In this document: positions 40,277 through 49,013 of the stretch, one piece after another
Position numbering within the stretch: position 1 is the first letter of the stretch
Layout: the number at the start of each line of letters is the position of its first letter
Origin: Waddliaceae bacterium
GTDB taxonomy: Bacteria > Chlamydiota > Chlamydiia > Chlamydiales > SLFE01
Reading direction: 5' to 3'
Assembly: GCA_963771045.1 (NCBI GenBank)
Contig: CAVYRW010000004.1
Location: 1,408,001-1,472,000 of the forward strand
DNA length: 64,000 nucleotides
Position numbers and translations under genes: made by a program
Notes under the pieces: model-generated
Told to the model about the DNA's origin: nothing
Seen by the model: only the letters and a program-made list of their open reading frames with translations
Databases searched by the model: none

Positions 40277-40858
40277 CTACTTGCCCCAAATTTCTTTTAG
40301 CCGGCTGTCGCGGCCGCATAGAGTGCGGTAAAATTTGTAGCGGTAGGGGTGCTTTTTATAATATTCTTGATGATACTCTTCTGCCGGCCAAAATTTCTCT
40401 AAAGGAACGATCTGCGTATACACATGCTTTACTTTCCCCTCTTTCAAAATCTTTTCTTTGGATTCTTCGGCAAGTTTTTTTTGATCGTCATTTTCATAAA
40501 AAATGGCCGAGCGGTATTGCGTGCCCTTATCGCAAAACTGTTGGTCTTTCACAGTCGGGTCGATATTGACCCAAAAAACATCGAGAAGTTTTTGATAGCT
40601 GATCTTTTGGGGATCATAAGTGATCTGAATCGATTCGGCATGTCCTGTCGTTCCCGATGAGACCTGCTCATAGGTGGGATTTTCGGTATGCCCGCCGGAA
40701 TAGCCGACGTTTGTCGAGACAACGCCGTCAAGTTTATCAAACGGCGGCTGCATGCACCAGAAGCAGCCCCCTGCAAAAGTGGCGGTTTGCAGCCTGCTTT
40801 CTTCGGCAAATAAAGAGAGCGAGCAAAAACCGAGAAGAATCACTAAAATGTACATCAT
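40277..40858 (-). CDS. msrA: Peptide-methionine (S)-S-oxide reductase with signal peptide
   Basis: AGGCFWC, TGHAE, QYRSAIF, AEEYHQ. Confidence 0.95.
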   Translation of the reverse strand: MMYILVILLGFCSLSLFAEESRLQTATFAGGCFWCMQPPFDKLDGVVSTNVGYSGGHTENPTYEQVSSGTTGHAESIQITYDPQKISYQKLLDVFWVNIDPTVKDQQFCDKGTQYRSAIFYENDDQKKLAEESKEKILKEGKVKHVYTQIVPLEKFWPAEEYHQEYYKKHPYRYKFYRTLCGRDSRLKEIWGK

Positions 40859-41262
40859 CCTTTTTTCTCCAATACCCAAAGGGTGTCATATTGTCTTAAA
40901 ACAAGCAAAGCCCAGCAGGCTGCCAGCATCGGCCACGCGGCATAAAGCAGGGCGTTATTTTCCTCAAAAGGATGCAGGAATTGCGGGAAGAGCGAAAGGG
41001 TCGAAAAGGCATGGAGAAAAAATACCGCCCCATAGGAGATAATCTTTTTCCAGCCCAACACAAACGCGATAATAATCAACAGAACAACAATTCCTAGAAA
41101 AAAAGAAATCAACTCTGTCAAACCGGGTATGTGGTAAAGGGTTTCATAAACAAAGGCCGGACGCGTCGGCCGGACGAATTTATCAAGCGCCCACATCAGC
41201 ATAACTAAAAATATCGTCAGCCTCAAAAATAACAATACCTTCGGTAGTTGTTTCGGCATCAT
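40855..41262 (-). CDS. DoxX-like small membrane protein
   Basis: About 4 TM; LRLTIFLVMLMWALDKF, AAWPML. Confidence 0.65.
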   Translation of the reverse strand: MMPKQLPKVLLFLRLTIFLVMLMWALDKFVRPTRPAFVYETLYHIPGLTELISFFLGIVVLLIIIAFVLGWKKIISYGAVFFLHAFSTLSLFPQFLHPFEENNALLYAAWPMLAACWALLVLRQYDTLWVLEKKG

Positions 41263-41365
41263 CCTCTCCCAAAAAAAACCTTATCAAATAGCTGTTTTAT
41301 TATGAACCTTTACAAAGAATGCAAATCCTTTTATGTGTAGGTGAGGATTAATAGAGGATTTTTTT

Positions 41366-43234
41366 ATGGAGCACGATATTCGCGAAGATGAGCAAGCGGC
41401 AGAAGAAACAAAAGAAATTGCCGAGGAAGCCAGAGATTTTGCCTATGAACACCCCAGCTTCGGCGCTCAGCTCTTTATGGGCAGGTTCGCCTGGGATATG
41501 GTGTATCCCTTCCCCGAACAGGATGAAGAGGATAAGAAAATCGGCGACGAGTTTATTGAAAAAATCGAAACCCTCTTAAAAGAAAAGCTCGACCCCGAAG
41601 AGGTTGACCGCACACGCGAGATTCCTCAGAAAGTGCGCGACGAAATGGCCAAGCTGGGCGTCTTTGCCCTAAAAGTTCCCAAAAAATACGACGGTCTTGA
41701 ATTTTCCCAGATGAACTACAACCGCACCGTGATGAAGGTCGCCTCCTACTGCGGAGCCACAGCGGTTCTTATTTCAGCCCACCAGTCTATCGGCGTGCCC
41801 CAGCCGCTAAAATTTTACGGGACCGAAGAACAGAAGAAAAAATACTACCCCCCCTTCCGTAAAGGGTCGATTTCCGCTTTCGCCCTGACCGAACCGGCCG
41901 TCGGCTCCGACCCAGCCCGCATGTCGACAGAGGCTGTCCTCTCTGAAGACGGCACTCATTATGTCCTAAGTGGGGAAAAACTATGGTGCACCAACGGCAC
42001 CATCGCCGATGTCATCATAGTTATCGCGAAAACCGCTCCGAAAATTGTCAAAGGCAAAGAAAAGCAGCAAATTACCGCCTTCATCCTCGAAATGAAAACC
42101 AAAGGTGTCGAAGTTGTTCACCGATGCGAATTTATGGGGTTAAACGGTATTTATAACGGACTGCTCCGCTTTACCAACGTTAAAATTCCTGTGGAAAACC
42201 GGCTGGGCGATGAAGGAAGAGGACTGGCCATGGCCCTTGAAACGATCAATGTAGGCCGCCTGACGCTGCCCGCTGCATCGACAGGCGGGGCCAAACAGTG
42301 CTTGTCAATCGCCAGAAGATGGGGCGCAAGCCGGATCCAGTGGGGGCAGCCGATCGGCCTGCATGAGGCGGGCAGGCAAAAAATAGCCTACATTGCCTCG
42401 ACAACATTTGCGATGGAAGCGGCCAGCTGGCTGACTAGCATGTGGCAGGACATGGGAGGAGTTGATATTCGCATTGAAGCCGCTATGGCTAAATTATTTA
42501 CAACCGAAGAGTTTTGGAAGATAACTGACGAGACCCTGCAGCTAAGAGGAGGCAGAGGCTATGAGACGGGACGGTCGCTCAAAGCCAGAGGGGAGCCCCC
42601 CTATTCTGTCGAAAGGGCCATGAGGGACTGCCGCATCAATCGGATCCTCGAAGGATCTTCTGAGATTATGAAGCTCTTTCTGACCCGCGAGGCAGTAGAC
42701 ACCCATATCAAGAGGCTCATGCCGCTTCTTAAAGGCGAAGTCAAAGGGATGGACAAATACAAGTATATCGCAAAACTCATCGGACACTACAGCTGGTGGT
42801 ATCAGAGCCGTTTTTTTAAGTCGTTTAAATCCTCTTCCTACCCTGAAGCGGGCAAGCTCGAAAAACACTGTAAATTTATTGAAAAAACCGCCCACAAATT
42901 AGCCAGGAACATCTTCTATTATATGGCCAAGTATCAAAAGAAGCTCGAGAAAAAACAAATGCTTCTGGGCCGTTTGATCGATATCGGAACAGATCTGTTC
43001 ATTATGGCAGCGGCGTGTTCTTTTGCGATTAAAGAGGAAAAGAGGATAGGAAACGACTCCCCCGTCGACCTGGCCGATTATTTCTGCGAAGTTGCCAAAA
43101 GACGAGTTGAGGAAAACTTTGAGGCTGTCGAGGACAACGACGACCGCCATACAAATTCTATTGCCAAAAGAGTCATAGACAATGACTATACTTGGCTGGA
43201 AAAAGGGATCATGTGGATTGGGCCCGAAGAATAA
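41366..43234 (+). CDS. Acyl-CoA dehydrogenase (long, ACAD9/VLCAD-like)
   Basis: AHQSIG, FALTEPAVGSD, GEKLWCTNG, QLRGGRGY, RILEGSSEI. Confidence 0.92.
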   Translation: MEHDIREDEQAAEETKEIAEEARDFAYEHPSFGAQLFMGRFAWDMVYPFPEQDEEDKKIGDEFIEKIETLLKEKLDPEEVDRTREIPQKVRDEMAKLGVFALKVPKKYDGLEFSQMNYNRTVMKVASYCGATAVLISAHQSIGVPQPLKFYGTEEQKKKYYPPFRKGSISAFALTEPAVGSDPARMSTEAVLSEDGTHYVLSGEKLWCTNGTIADVIIVIAKTAPKIVKGKEKQQITAFILEMKTKGVEVVHRCEFMGLNGIYNGLLRFTNVKIPVENRLGDEGRGLAMALETINVGRLTLPAASTGGAKQCLSIARRWGASRIQWGQPIGLHEAGRQKIAYIASTTFAMEAASWLTSMWQDMGGVDIRIEAAMAKLFTTEEFWKITDETLQLRGGRGYETGRSLKARGEPPYSVERAMRDCRINRILEGSSEIMKLFLTREAVDTHIKRLMPLLKGEVKGMDKYKYIAKLIGHYSWWYQSRFFKSFKSSSYPEAGKLEKHCKFIEKTAHKLARNIFYYMAKYQKKLEKKQMLLGRLIDIGTDLFIMAAACSFAIKEEKRIGNDSPVDLADYFCEVAKRRVEENFEAVEDNDDRHTNSIAKRVIDNDYTWLEKGIMWIGPEE

Positions 43235-43239
43235 AAAAA

Positions 43240-43274
43240 GAAAGGCTGTAAGCAGAAACTGCCTGCAGCCTTTC
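43240..43274. terminator. Hairpin between convergent genes (likely terminator)
   Basis: GAAAGGCTGTAAGCAG-AAA-CTGCCTGCAGCCTTTC preceded by an A-run. Confidence 0.7.
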
Positions 43275-43297
43275 ACATCGATGCAAATGTCTTTTTC

Positions 43298-43900
43298 TTA
43301 GCGAGTTGTTTTGTTATTAGTAGACTGATTTAAACTTCCGCTATTGTTTCCATTTGCCGGTTTGCTGCTTTTGATGTTGTTGTTATTAGAATTGTGCTGG
43401 TAGTAGCCTTGGCTGTTGCGCTGATTCGGTCTCCAGGCTGGAGCAGGGCAGCTTCCATTTGCGCAAGGAGATTCCTGTTTGTCATAGTAGCTGCACTTTT
43501 TGTATTTGCAGCATGGAATGTATTCGCAGCAGTTGTCGTAGACAGTTCTTTTTCTGTATGTGCAGTAACGTTCGTAGTGGCATTTAGGAACTTTTACACA
43601 ATATGACTCATAGTAATACTGAGGAACATATCGGCAGCACCTTTTTTGCCTTGTTTGATACTCGCAAGTTTCGCATTTTTTGCATTTCCACACAGGCTCA
43701 TAGACGCAGCGTGGTTTGCAATAGTACCTTGGTTTGTATGTCACTACCGGCTGATAACAGATAGTAGGACATTGACAACAATTGTATTCCTGGCCGCACT
43801 CAACGCCGTCCCTGGCAACCTGGTGGTTGCCCCATCCGGCAAATGCAGGCAGGAATGATAGCACACCTAGTGCAAAAAGCACTGAAAAGTAACGCTTCAT
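43298..43900 (-). CDS. Secreted Cys/Tyr-rich 12-residue-repeat protein
   Basis: Signal peptide; CRYVPQYYYESY|CVKVPKCHYERY|CTYRKRTVYDNC|CEYIPCCKYKKC; Asn-rich tail; GGAGG RBS. Confidence 0.8.
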   Translation of the reverse strand: MKRYFSVLFALGVLSFLPAFAGWGNHQVARDGVECGQEYNCCQCPTICYQPVVTYKPRYYCKPRCVYEPVWKCKKCETCEYQTRQKRCCRYVPQYYYESYCVKVPKCHYERYCTYRKRTVYDNCCEYIPCCKYKKCSYYDKQESPCANGSCPAPAWRPNQRNSQGYYQHNSNNNNIKSSKPANGNNSGSLNQSTNNKTTR

Positions 43901-44119
43901 GTGTTACCTCCAAAATATATTATGTACTAAGTTTAGAACTGCCAGCGGAGAAACGAGCGTTCTTGCTTTACTGAGATTGCAGTTCTACTTGAAATGAAGT
44001 GCCTTCCTCTAAGAGGACTGATGATAGGCTAATCTTTTTGTCCTCTACAGCCCTGTTTCTTATATACGGAATTTTGTTGCAACGATTTTTTTTATTTTTT
44101 TTATTTAACTGCTATTCAG

Positions 44120-44608
44120 TTAGTTGCAAGAACTGCACTCTTGCGGACTGCACTCGCTGCATTGACTGCAATCCGGAGGATAATACTTGCACCTTTTGTA
44201 GCATTGTTTGGGAACCCAATTGACATGCCGGTTGTATTTGACGCATTTGTCATACGTATAATACCTGCTATAGGTATCAACCGGTTCATACTTCAGAATT
44301 TTCTGTGTATAAACTTTTGGTTCGTATTTGATGAATTTTTGCTCATAGTAGCGGGGAACATATTTGACTCCCCTCATCCATTTTTCTTCGGGTATGTAAG
44401 TGCATTCGGGAATTTTGCATGTCTCGCAAACATACTTCACATAAGGTTGGTAGCAGTATTTAGGCTCCTGATCGCATCCTCCCTGGTACCAGCCGACAGG
44501 CATCGAACAACCCGGCCGGCACGCCCGTTTTTGACGCCAACCGGCGTCTAAAGAAGAAAAGATAATCAGAAAAGATAAAATGATCGAAATTGCAGATTTC
44601 ATCCCCAA
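44120..44608 (-). CDS. Secreted Cys/Tyr-rich 12-residue-repeat protein, paralogue of 43298..43900
   Basis: Signal peptide; CTYIPEEKWMRG|VKYVPRYYEQKF|IKYEPKVYTQKI|LKYEPVDTYSRY; Cys-rich C-terminus. Confidence 0.8.
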   Translation of the reverse strand: MGMKSAISIILSFLIIFSSLDAGWRQKRACRPGCSMPVGWYQGGCDQEPKYCYQPYVKYVCETCKIPECTYIPEEKWMRGVKYVPRYYEQKFIKYEPKVYTQKILKYEPVDTYSRYYTYDKCVKYNRHVNWVPKQCYKRCKYYPPDCSQCSECSPQECSSCN

Positions 44609-44662
44609 AACCCCAAATTATTTATTAAACCTTACTTTCCAGATTTTGGAGTTATTTCGCAA

Positions 44663-45016
44663 TCATTTTTGGCAGGATTCGACAGCAGGAGGAGCAAAAT
44701 GATCGTAGGCAATCTCAACTGCCTCCGGTTGAAAGCTGGAGTCAATGTTCAATTTCCACCAACCGTATGTACCCACTCGGGCAAAGCTTTTGTAGAGCTT
44801 CCACTTCCCAAACCGCTCTTTAACGCAGGCGCTGATATATACGGGCATGTAGCATTGGCTATAAAAAGTCAGGGTTGATTGAAACGCACTCAAAGGAGCC
44901 CAACCCTTATATTCGACGCACACAGGGTATGGGATATTTTCTTTAACTTCTTCCTTAGCACTGACAAGGGGAAAAAACAGGACTAATAAAATCACAAAAA
45001 AGGCTAGTTTACACAT
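44663..45016 (-). CDS. Small secreted hypothetical protein
   Basis: Signal-peptide-like N-terminus, GAGGTG RBS. Confidence 0.6.
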   Translation of the reverse strand: MCKLAFFVILLVLFFPLVSAKEEVKENIPYPVCVEYKGWAPLSAFQSTLTFYSQCYMPVYISACVKERFGKWKLYKSFARVGTYGWWKLNIDSSFQPEAVEIAYDHFAPPAVESCQK

Positions 45017-45369
45017 AAATACACCTCTTTACCCCTTAATTATAACCTATTGGGATTACTCTGATAAGTTAAATTTAAAGAGGGTAAGGAGGGGCAGCAG
45101 GGTTTTTTGATTAAAATTTCTTGATAGTAATTAGATTTTCATTTGTCATTCATATCTTAACTCAACTTTGGAGAAAGATATGTGTGCAAGAGGAATCAAA
45201 AATGAACCTTATGAAGAAGAATCTAAATCAATTGATATTGAACAATTTTTTGTGTTCGTATCATATTTGGTCTCTTTGGTAAAAAAAACCAGCGGGAACT
45301 GCTGGTTTTATGATATATTTCAGAAAAACTTATGGAAAATAAGGCATGTGTCTACGTGACGGAACCGTT

Positions 45370-45861
45370 CTAACTATCGCGAAGGGTATTCATAAATTTA
45401 CTCCAATCCCTCATATCATACAGAGGTTTAAGAACATCGTAGCTTACATTGACCTTTTGGGCGAACTCACGAAGCGTTTGATCGTTGATTTTGTTTTGCC
45501 GCAAAGCCAAATTGAACGTCGCGCCGAAATCCTTGACATAGCGGTTCCAGGGCACCTTCCCGATATTTTTTGTTTTAGCCTTCAATCCCGGATTGGAAAA
45601 AATATACTGGAGGTGAGTCAAAGGATTTATCTTATTGGTTTCTCTGCCGACAGCTTCGAGCTGCTTTTTAACTCCAAGAAGACCGAACATGGACTTGCTT
45701 GAAAGAGTGTTGATTATATAATTGATATTCTGTTTGTTCTGCTCTGTCAAAGGAGTGTCGTAGCTTTTAATTTCCCGGCCCGAACTTTGTTCGTTTGCCG
45801 CAAATAAACCACTACCTGCCAAAAAACAGAAACACAAAAATAAAAATGCCGGCTTCTTCAT
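45370..45861 (-). CDS. Secreted hypothetical protein
   Basis: Signal peptide MKKPAFLFLCFCFLAGSGLFA; AAGGAG RBS; ATGA overlap with upstream gene. Confidence 0.7.
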   Translation of the reverse strand: MKKPAFLFLCFCFLAGSGLFAANEQSSGREIKSYDTPLTEQNKQNINYIINTLSSKSMFGLLGVKKQLEAVGRETNKINPLTHLQYIFSNPGLKAKTKNIGKVPWNRYVKDFGATFNLALRQNKINDQTLREFAQKVNVSYDVLKPLYDMRDWSKFMNTLRDS

Positions 45862-46775
45862 AACAACTCCTTTCTACCGTTAATCTGCCACGACTTTCCA
45901 TTTCTATCAAGCTGATTCTTGAAAAGATGAACCTGAGGACGATAAAATTTAACATACCTGTAGACCTCTTCGAAACTTTTTTTGCGATGTTTCATCAAAA
46001 AGGCGATGACGATAAGCGCGCTGCGCCCCATGCCGGCTTTGCAATGAACCAGCACTCGTCTTCCGGAATCGATCTCGGACTTAAGAAATTCGACCCCCTC
46101 TTCAAGCTTGTTGGGTTCGACTTTTTGAAGATCTTCGCTGACCACCTGTTTGTGAGCTATCCCTCTTTGCGCCCAATCATCCGGGGTTGCCGGATGCTCG
46201 AACCAGCCGAAACGGATATTTTCACAATCGTTTTCAAATGGTTCAAGTATGCTGAGAACCGAGTCGGGACGGTATTTTGAAACGAGAAAGTCGATATTAT
46301 TTTTCAGCGGGAGCGAGCCGAGGATAATCTCTGCATTGCGGGAAGGAATCACATCCCACCTGCGGTGTATGGGAAGCCCAAGCATCTTTTGAATGATAGG
46401 TTTTATCCGTATATAGAGTAGGACAAATTCAAAAAGAATTTTCTTTTTGATCGTCATCACAGAAGAGCATCCAGCGGCAAGTGGGGCATAAATTTCTTTG
46501 TGGGAGGATGATAGGCGCCTGAGCCTCATTCCCGCATAAATCAAAGGAAAGCTTATAGGGAGAGCGGCAAGAATTGCAAGAAACCAAAAAAATACCCCTT
46601 CCACCTTGCGCGAGGCAGCAGATAACCGATGATCCTTGTCAATGCATATGATCTGATATCCGAAAGCAAAGTGCACAGGCGTCAGAAGCAATCCGCTGAC
46701 CCTTTCTAAAAAATCCTTTTTCGGAGATTCGAATTCTCGAACAAACCGCACAAGATTGGAAGAATAGAGACTCAC
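45858..46775 (-). CDS. Dual-specificity phosphatase (PTPMT1-like) with hydrophobic N-terminal module
   Basis: VLVHCKAGMGRSA (CX5R), IILGSLP, EPFE, RPQV. Confidence 0.85.
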   Translation of the reverse strand: MSLYSSNLVRFVREFESPKKDFLERVSGLLLTPVHFAFGYQIICIDKDHRLSAASRKVEGVFFWFLAILAALPISFPLIYAGMRLRRLSSSHKEIYAPLAAGCSSVMTIKKKILFEFVLLYIRIKPIIQKMLGLPIHRRWDVIPSRNAEIILGSLPLKNNIDFLVSKYRPDSVLSILEPFENDCENIRFGWFEHPATPDDWAQRGIAHKQVVSEDLQKVEPNKLEEGVEFLKSEIDSGRRVLVHCKAGMGRSALIVIAFLMKHRKKSFEEVYRYVKFYRPQVHLFKNQLDRNGKSWQINGRKELL

Positions 46776-47200
46776 TTCACTTCAAGCATATGAATATCAA
46801 CAGCAATCGTTTGCCCGGCCAGGGGATGGTTTCCATCGAGAGTGACCTTATCGTCTTTAACCTCGGAAATCGTGAAATAAGCGGTAGAGCCGTCTTCAAA
46901 ACCATATTCGAGAATTTCGCCTTCAGTTAAATTCACTTCCTTCGGAAACTCTTTTTTCTGCATATCAAAGACGAGCTGGTCATCCATTTCCCCAAAATGC
47001 ATTTTGGGATTGAGTTCCACGCTTTTTTTATCTCCCTGACTCATTCCGACAAGAGACACTTCTATTCCTGGCAGAACCATTCCCTCTCCGATCACAATTT
47101 CTTCTGAATCATCTTCCGGAGATTGATCGAACAGCTCCCCTTTCTCATCTTTAATAGAAAGGCTGACTATGACAGTATCTCCCAATTTGGCACCGGCCAT
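46772..47200 (-). CDS. FKBP-type peptidyl-prolyl isomerase (SlyD/FkpB-like)
   Basis: IGEGMVLPGIE, TLDGNHPLAG. Confidence 0.88.
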   Translation of the reverse strand: MAGAKLGDTVIVSLSIKDEKGELFDQSPEDDSEEIVIGEGMVLPGIEVSLVGMSQGDKKSVELNPKMHFGEMDDQLVFDMQKKEFPKEVNLTEGEILEYGFEDGSTAYFTISEVKDDKVTLDGNHPLAGQTIAVDIHMLEVK

Positions 47201-47221
47201 AAAAACACTCCTATTTTAGGC

Positions 47222-47270
47222 TTAAGAGGGAATTGTAAAAATTTGCCTTAGTTTTGCAATTCCCTCTTAA
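47222..47270. repeat. 19-bp inverted repeat between divergent FKBP and dinB genes
   Basis: TTAAGAGGGAATTGTAAAA / TTTTGCAATTCCCTCTTAA, one G-T pair. Confidence 0.75.
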
Positions 47271-47342
47271 AACTAAAACAATTTACACTGTAGATCAATA
47301 AAAAACATAAACAACTAACCTGGCATAGGTTAAAATTTAAGT

Positions 47343-48368
47343 ATGAGAAAAATCATCCATATAGACATGGACGCCTTTTTCGCGGCTATCGAACAAAGAG
47401 ATAATGAAAACCTAAGGGGAAAACCGGTCATTGTCGGAGGCGACCCGCACGGAAGGGGGGTTGTCGCCACCTGCTCATACGAAGCCAGGAAATTCGGCAT
47501 CCACTCCGCTATGCCAAGCAAAACGGCCTATCAACTTTGCCCGCAGGCTATTTTCGCAGCCCCCCGCTTTGAAGTTTATAAAAGCGTCTCGGAGCAAATA
47601 CGGGAAATTTTTTATGAGTACACCGATCTTGTGGAACCTCTCTCTCTTGACGAAGCATTTCTTGACGTCACAAAAAATAAGGCAAAAAACCCTTCAGCCA
47701 CATTAATCGCACAGGAGATTAAACAAAAAATCTACGAAAAAACCCGCCTTACCGCTTCGGCAGGGGTCTCGTTTAATAAATTTCTTGCCAAAATCGCCTC
47801 CGACTGGAACAAGCCAGACGGCCTCACTGTCATTACCCCAAAAGACGCCCCCTCTTTTATCGATAACTTGCCCATCAGAAAATTTTGGGGCGTCGGAAAG
47901 GTCACGGAAAAAAAGATGAAGCAGATGGGGATTTTCACCGGTGCCGATCTGAAAAGAGTTGCCGAAGAAAAGCTCAGACAAAAATTCGGCAAAATCGGCT
48001 CTTTCCTCTACCATATGGCAAGAGGCGAAGACAATCGGCCTGTTAATCCGTCAAGGGAGAGAAAGTCTCTGGGCAAAGAAAACACATTCCCCTACGATCT
48101 TGAAACTCTGGGAGAAGCCCAAGAGCAAATTGAGGATCTTGCTAGGCAGCTCCAAACCTCGTTGAGAAAAAGAAAGATCATGGGGCGCACTGTGACCCTG
48201 AAAGTCCGGTACCTGGATTTTTCCACCATAACAAGAAGCCTCACACTTCCCCACCCTATCGACGATGCGGATTCTATCATCGCTTGTGCAAAAGAGCTTC
48301 TCAAAAAAACCGAAGCCGGCAAAAGAAACATACGCCTCCTCGGCATTACCCTTTCCAATTTACAATAA
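47343..48368 (+). CDS. dinB: DNA polymerase IV
   Basis: IHIDMDAFFA, CSYEARKFG, SLDEAFLD, KPDG. Confidence 0.95.
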   Translation: MRKIIHIDMDAFFAAIEQRDNENLRGKPVIVGGDPHGRGVVATCSYEARKFGIHSAMPSKTAYQLCPQAIFAAPRFEVYKSVSEQIREIFYEYTDLVEPLSLDEAFLDVTKNKAKNPSATLIAQEIKQKIYEKTRLTASAGVSFNKFLAKIASDWNKPDGLTVITPKDAPSFIDNLPIRKFWGVGKVTEKKMKQMGIFTGADLKRVAEEKLRQKFGKIGSFLYHMARGEDNRPVNPSRERKSLGKENTFPYDLETLGEAQEQIEDLARQLQTSLRKRKIMGRTVTLKVRYLDFSTITRSLTLPHPIDDADSIIACAKELLKKTEAGKRNIRLLGITLSNLQ

Positions 48369-48395
48369 ACATCTGTCTTGCTACTCTTTATTTAC

Positions 48396-49013
48396 ATGAA
48401 AACAGTATTGACATTCATCTTATTTTTCCTGCCTGCGGCACCTTTTCTTGAGGCATCGGAAATGAAGCTTCTCGCATTCGCCGGAAGCACCCGGGAAGAT
48501 TCGCTCAATAAAAAGCTTCTTAACGTCGCTGTCAAAGACGCGAGGCTTGCCGGAGCAAAAGTCACAGTCATCGACCTTCGCGACTACCCGATCCCATTTT
48601 ATGACGGCGATCTTGAAGCAAAAAGCGGCCTGCCGGAAAATGCCCGAAAAATTAAAAAACTGATGATTGAAAACGACGGGTTTCTTATCGCTTCCCCGGA
48701 ATACAACGGCTCCTATTCGGCGGTACTGAAGAATCTCATCGACTGGATGAGCCGCCCCGTAGAAGGAGAACAGGCGCTGATTGCGCTGAAAGGAAAAAAA
48801 GCAGCCCTCCTCGCCGCATCTCCCGGAGGCGGAGGAGGTGCGGGCAGCTTAAAACACCTTCGCCAGCTTTTAACAAGGCTCAAAGTTGATGTGTTTGTCG
48901 AGCAAATCACTATTCCACACGCTACAGAGGCATTCAATTCTCAAGGCGAATTGACCGATGTCAAAAAACGGCTCGAAGTCAAACAGTTCATTCAAAAAAT
49001 TTTAAATGAATAA
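48396..49013 (+). CDS. NADPH-dependent FMN reductase with signal-like N-terminus
   Basis: AGSTREDSLN, SPEYNGS, LKNLIDWMSR. Confidence 0.88.
   Translation: MKTVLTFILFFLPAAPFLEASEMKLLAFAGSTREDSLNKKLLNVAVKDARLAGAKVTVIDLRDYPIPFYDGDLEAKSGLPENARKIKKLMIENDGFLIASPEYNGSYSAVLKNLIDWMSRPVEGEQALIALKGKKAALLAASPGGGGGAGSLKHLRQLLTRLKVDVFVEQITIPHATEAFNSQGELTDVKKRLEVKQFIQKILNE

Noticed and set aside
45168..45359. 63-aa ORF
   Set aside because: TTG start, short, no motif; insufficient support
47280..47342. LexA/SOS box upstream of dinB
   Set aside because: CTGT is present but no ACAG half-site at the right spacing
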